Virus record (IMG/VR): IMGVR_UViG_3300034150_000057
Location: 1-38,398 of that record
From: a virus
Reading direction: 5' to 3' (one strand)
Length of the DNA: 38,398 nucleotides
Of the stretch, positions 38,278-38,398 are shown piece by piece. The first letter of the stretch is position 1, and every line of letters begins with the position of its first letter. The position numbers and the translations under genes are program-made. Under the pieces are notes generated by a model. It saw only the letters and a program-made list of their open reading frames with translations, was not told where the DNA came from and made no database searches.

Positions 38278-38398
38278 TCGCCGGACTCGAGCAATAGCTC
38301 GGCCTCGCTCAGCAATTGATCGACGTCCATCCCAGCCTCGCCGTCCGCGACAATGCGCTTTGCCAGGGCCTTGATATCAACAGTCACGTCCACTCGGT
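38272..38398. repeat. Second copy of the 127-bp terminal overlap; it duplicates the 3' end of terS
   Basis: Identical to 1-127 by direct comparison. Confidence 0.95.

Noticed and set aside
1-38398. Very frequent CCAGG/CCTGG, GGCCGGCC, GCCGGC and CGATCG strings, considered as a possible methylation or restriction-related signal.
   Set aside because: They are largely explained by codon usage in GC-rich coding DNA, such as xxC-CTG-Gxx, GCC-GGC and CGA-TCG. I could not compute observed/expected ratios. The lack of site avoidance is compatible with, but not evidence for, base modification.
1-38398. Search for integrase, excisionase, attP, tRNA, CRISPR array, reverse transcriptase/DGR and transposase.
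   Set aside because: No ORF shows tyrosine or serine recombinase, RT (YxDD) or transposase motifs. No spacer-repeat array or cloverleaf-like segment was seen in the few intergenic gaps. The phage is therefore treated as virulent, with the XRE protein taken as a transcriptional regulator rather than a lysogeny repressor.

Overview
This window is the complete genome of a GC-rich tailed dsDNA phage with a siphovirus-like gene set. It is presented as a circular-assembly contig: bases 1-127 repeat exactly at 38272-38398, so the unique genome is 38,271 bp and gene order runs on across the window ends. Two convergent blocks meet at about 17.7 kb.

The plus strand (2.6-17.7 kb) carries early and middle genes. 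They are driven by six copies of a conserved cassette of promoter, 5'-UTR hairpin and AAGGGGA Shine-Dalgarno. The genes are:
- a run of tiny translationally coupled ORFs, a DUF2786-like protein and a Lys/Ala-repeat DNA-binding-like protein;
- a nucleotide-modification module: dCMP deaminase, an all-alpha NTP-pyrophosphohydrolase-like protein, and a thymidylate-synthase-superfamily enzyme with the Asn->Asp switch typical of dCMP hydroxymethylases/methylases;
- SNF2 helicase, RuvC-like resolvase, Cas4/RecB-like nuclease, AAA_24 (Sak4-like) ATPase and a DUF669 SSB-like protein;
- a UDG4-like::family-A DNA polymerase fusion and an XRE HTH protein.

The minus strand (17.7-38.3 kb, continuing through the junction to 0-2.35 kb) carries:
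- primase-helicase, terS and terL;
- a 983-aa portal::MuF::ADP-ribosyltransferase fusion;
- prohead protease and an HK97-like major capsid protein;
- a terminator hairpin followed by a two-glycosyltransferase operon;
- connector proteins, major tail protein, and tail chaperones with a CCCTTTG -1 frameshift site;
- a short tape measure, minor tail proteins including two tandem paralogs, a putative endolysin and a holin.

No integrase, tRNA, CRISPR array or transposase was seen, so the phage looks virulent.

The most noteworthy observations are (1) the virion-borne ART toxin domain fused to the portal, (2) a probable cytosine-replacement pathway, possibly linked to the glycosyltransferases, and (3) the repeated regulatory cassettes plus an iteron/palindrome region next to terS.

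All homology statements come from motif recognition by eye, not from database searches.
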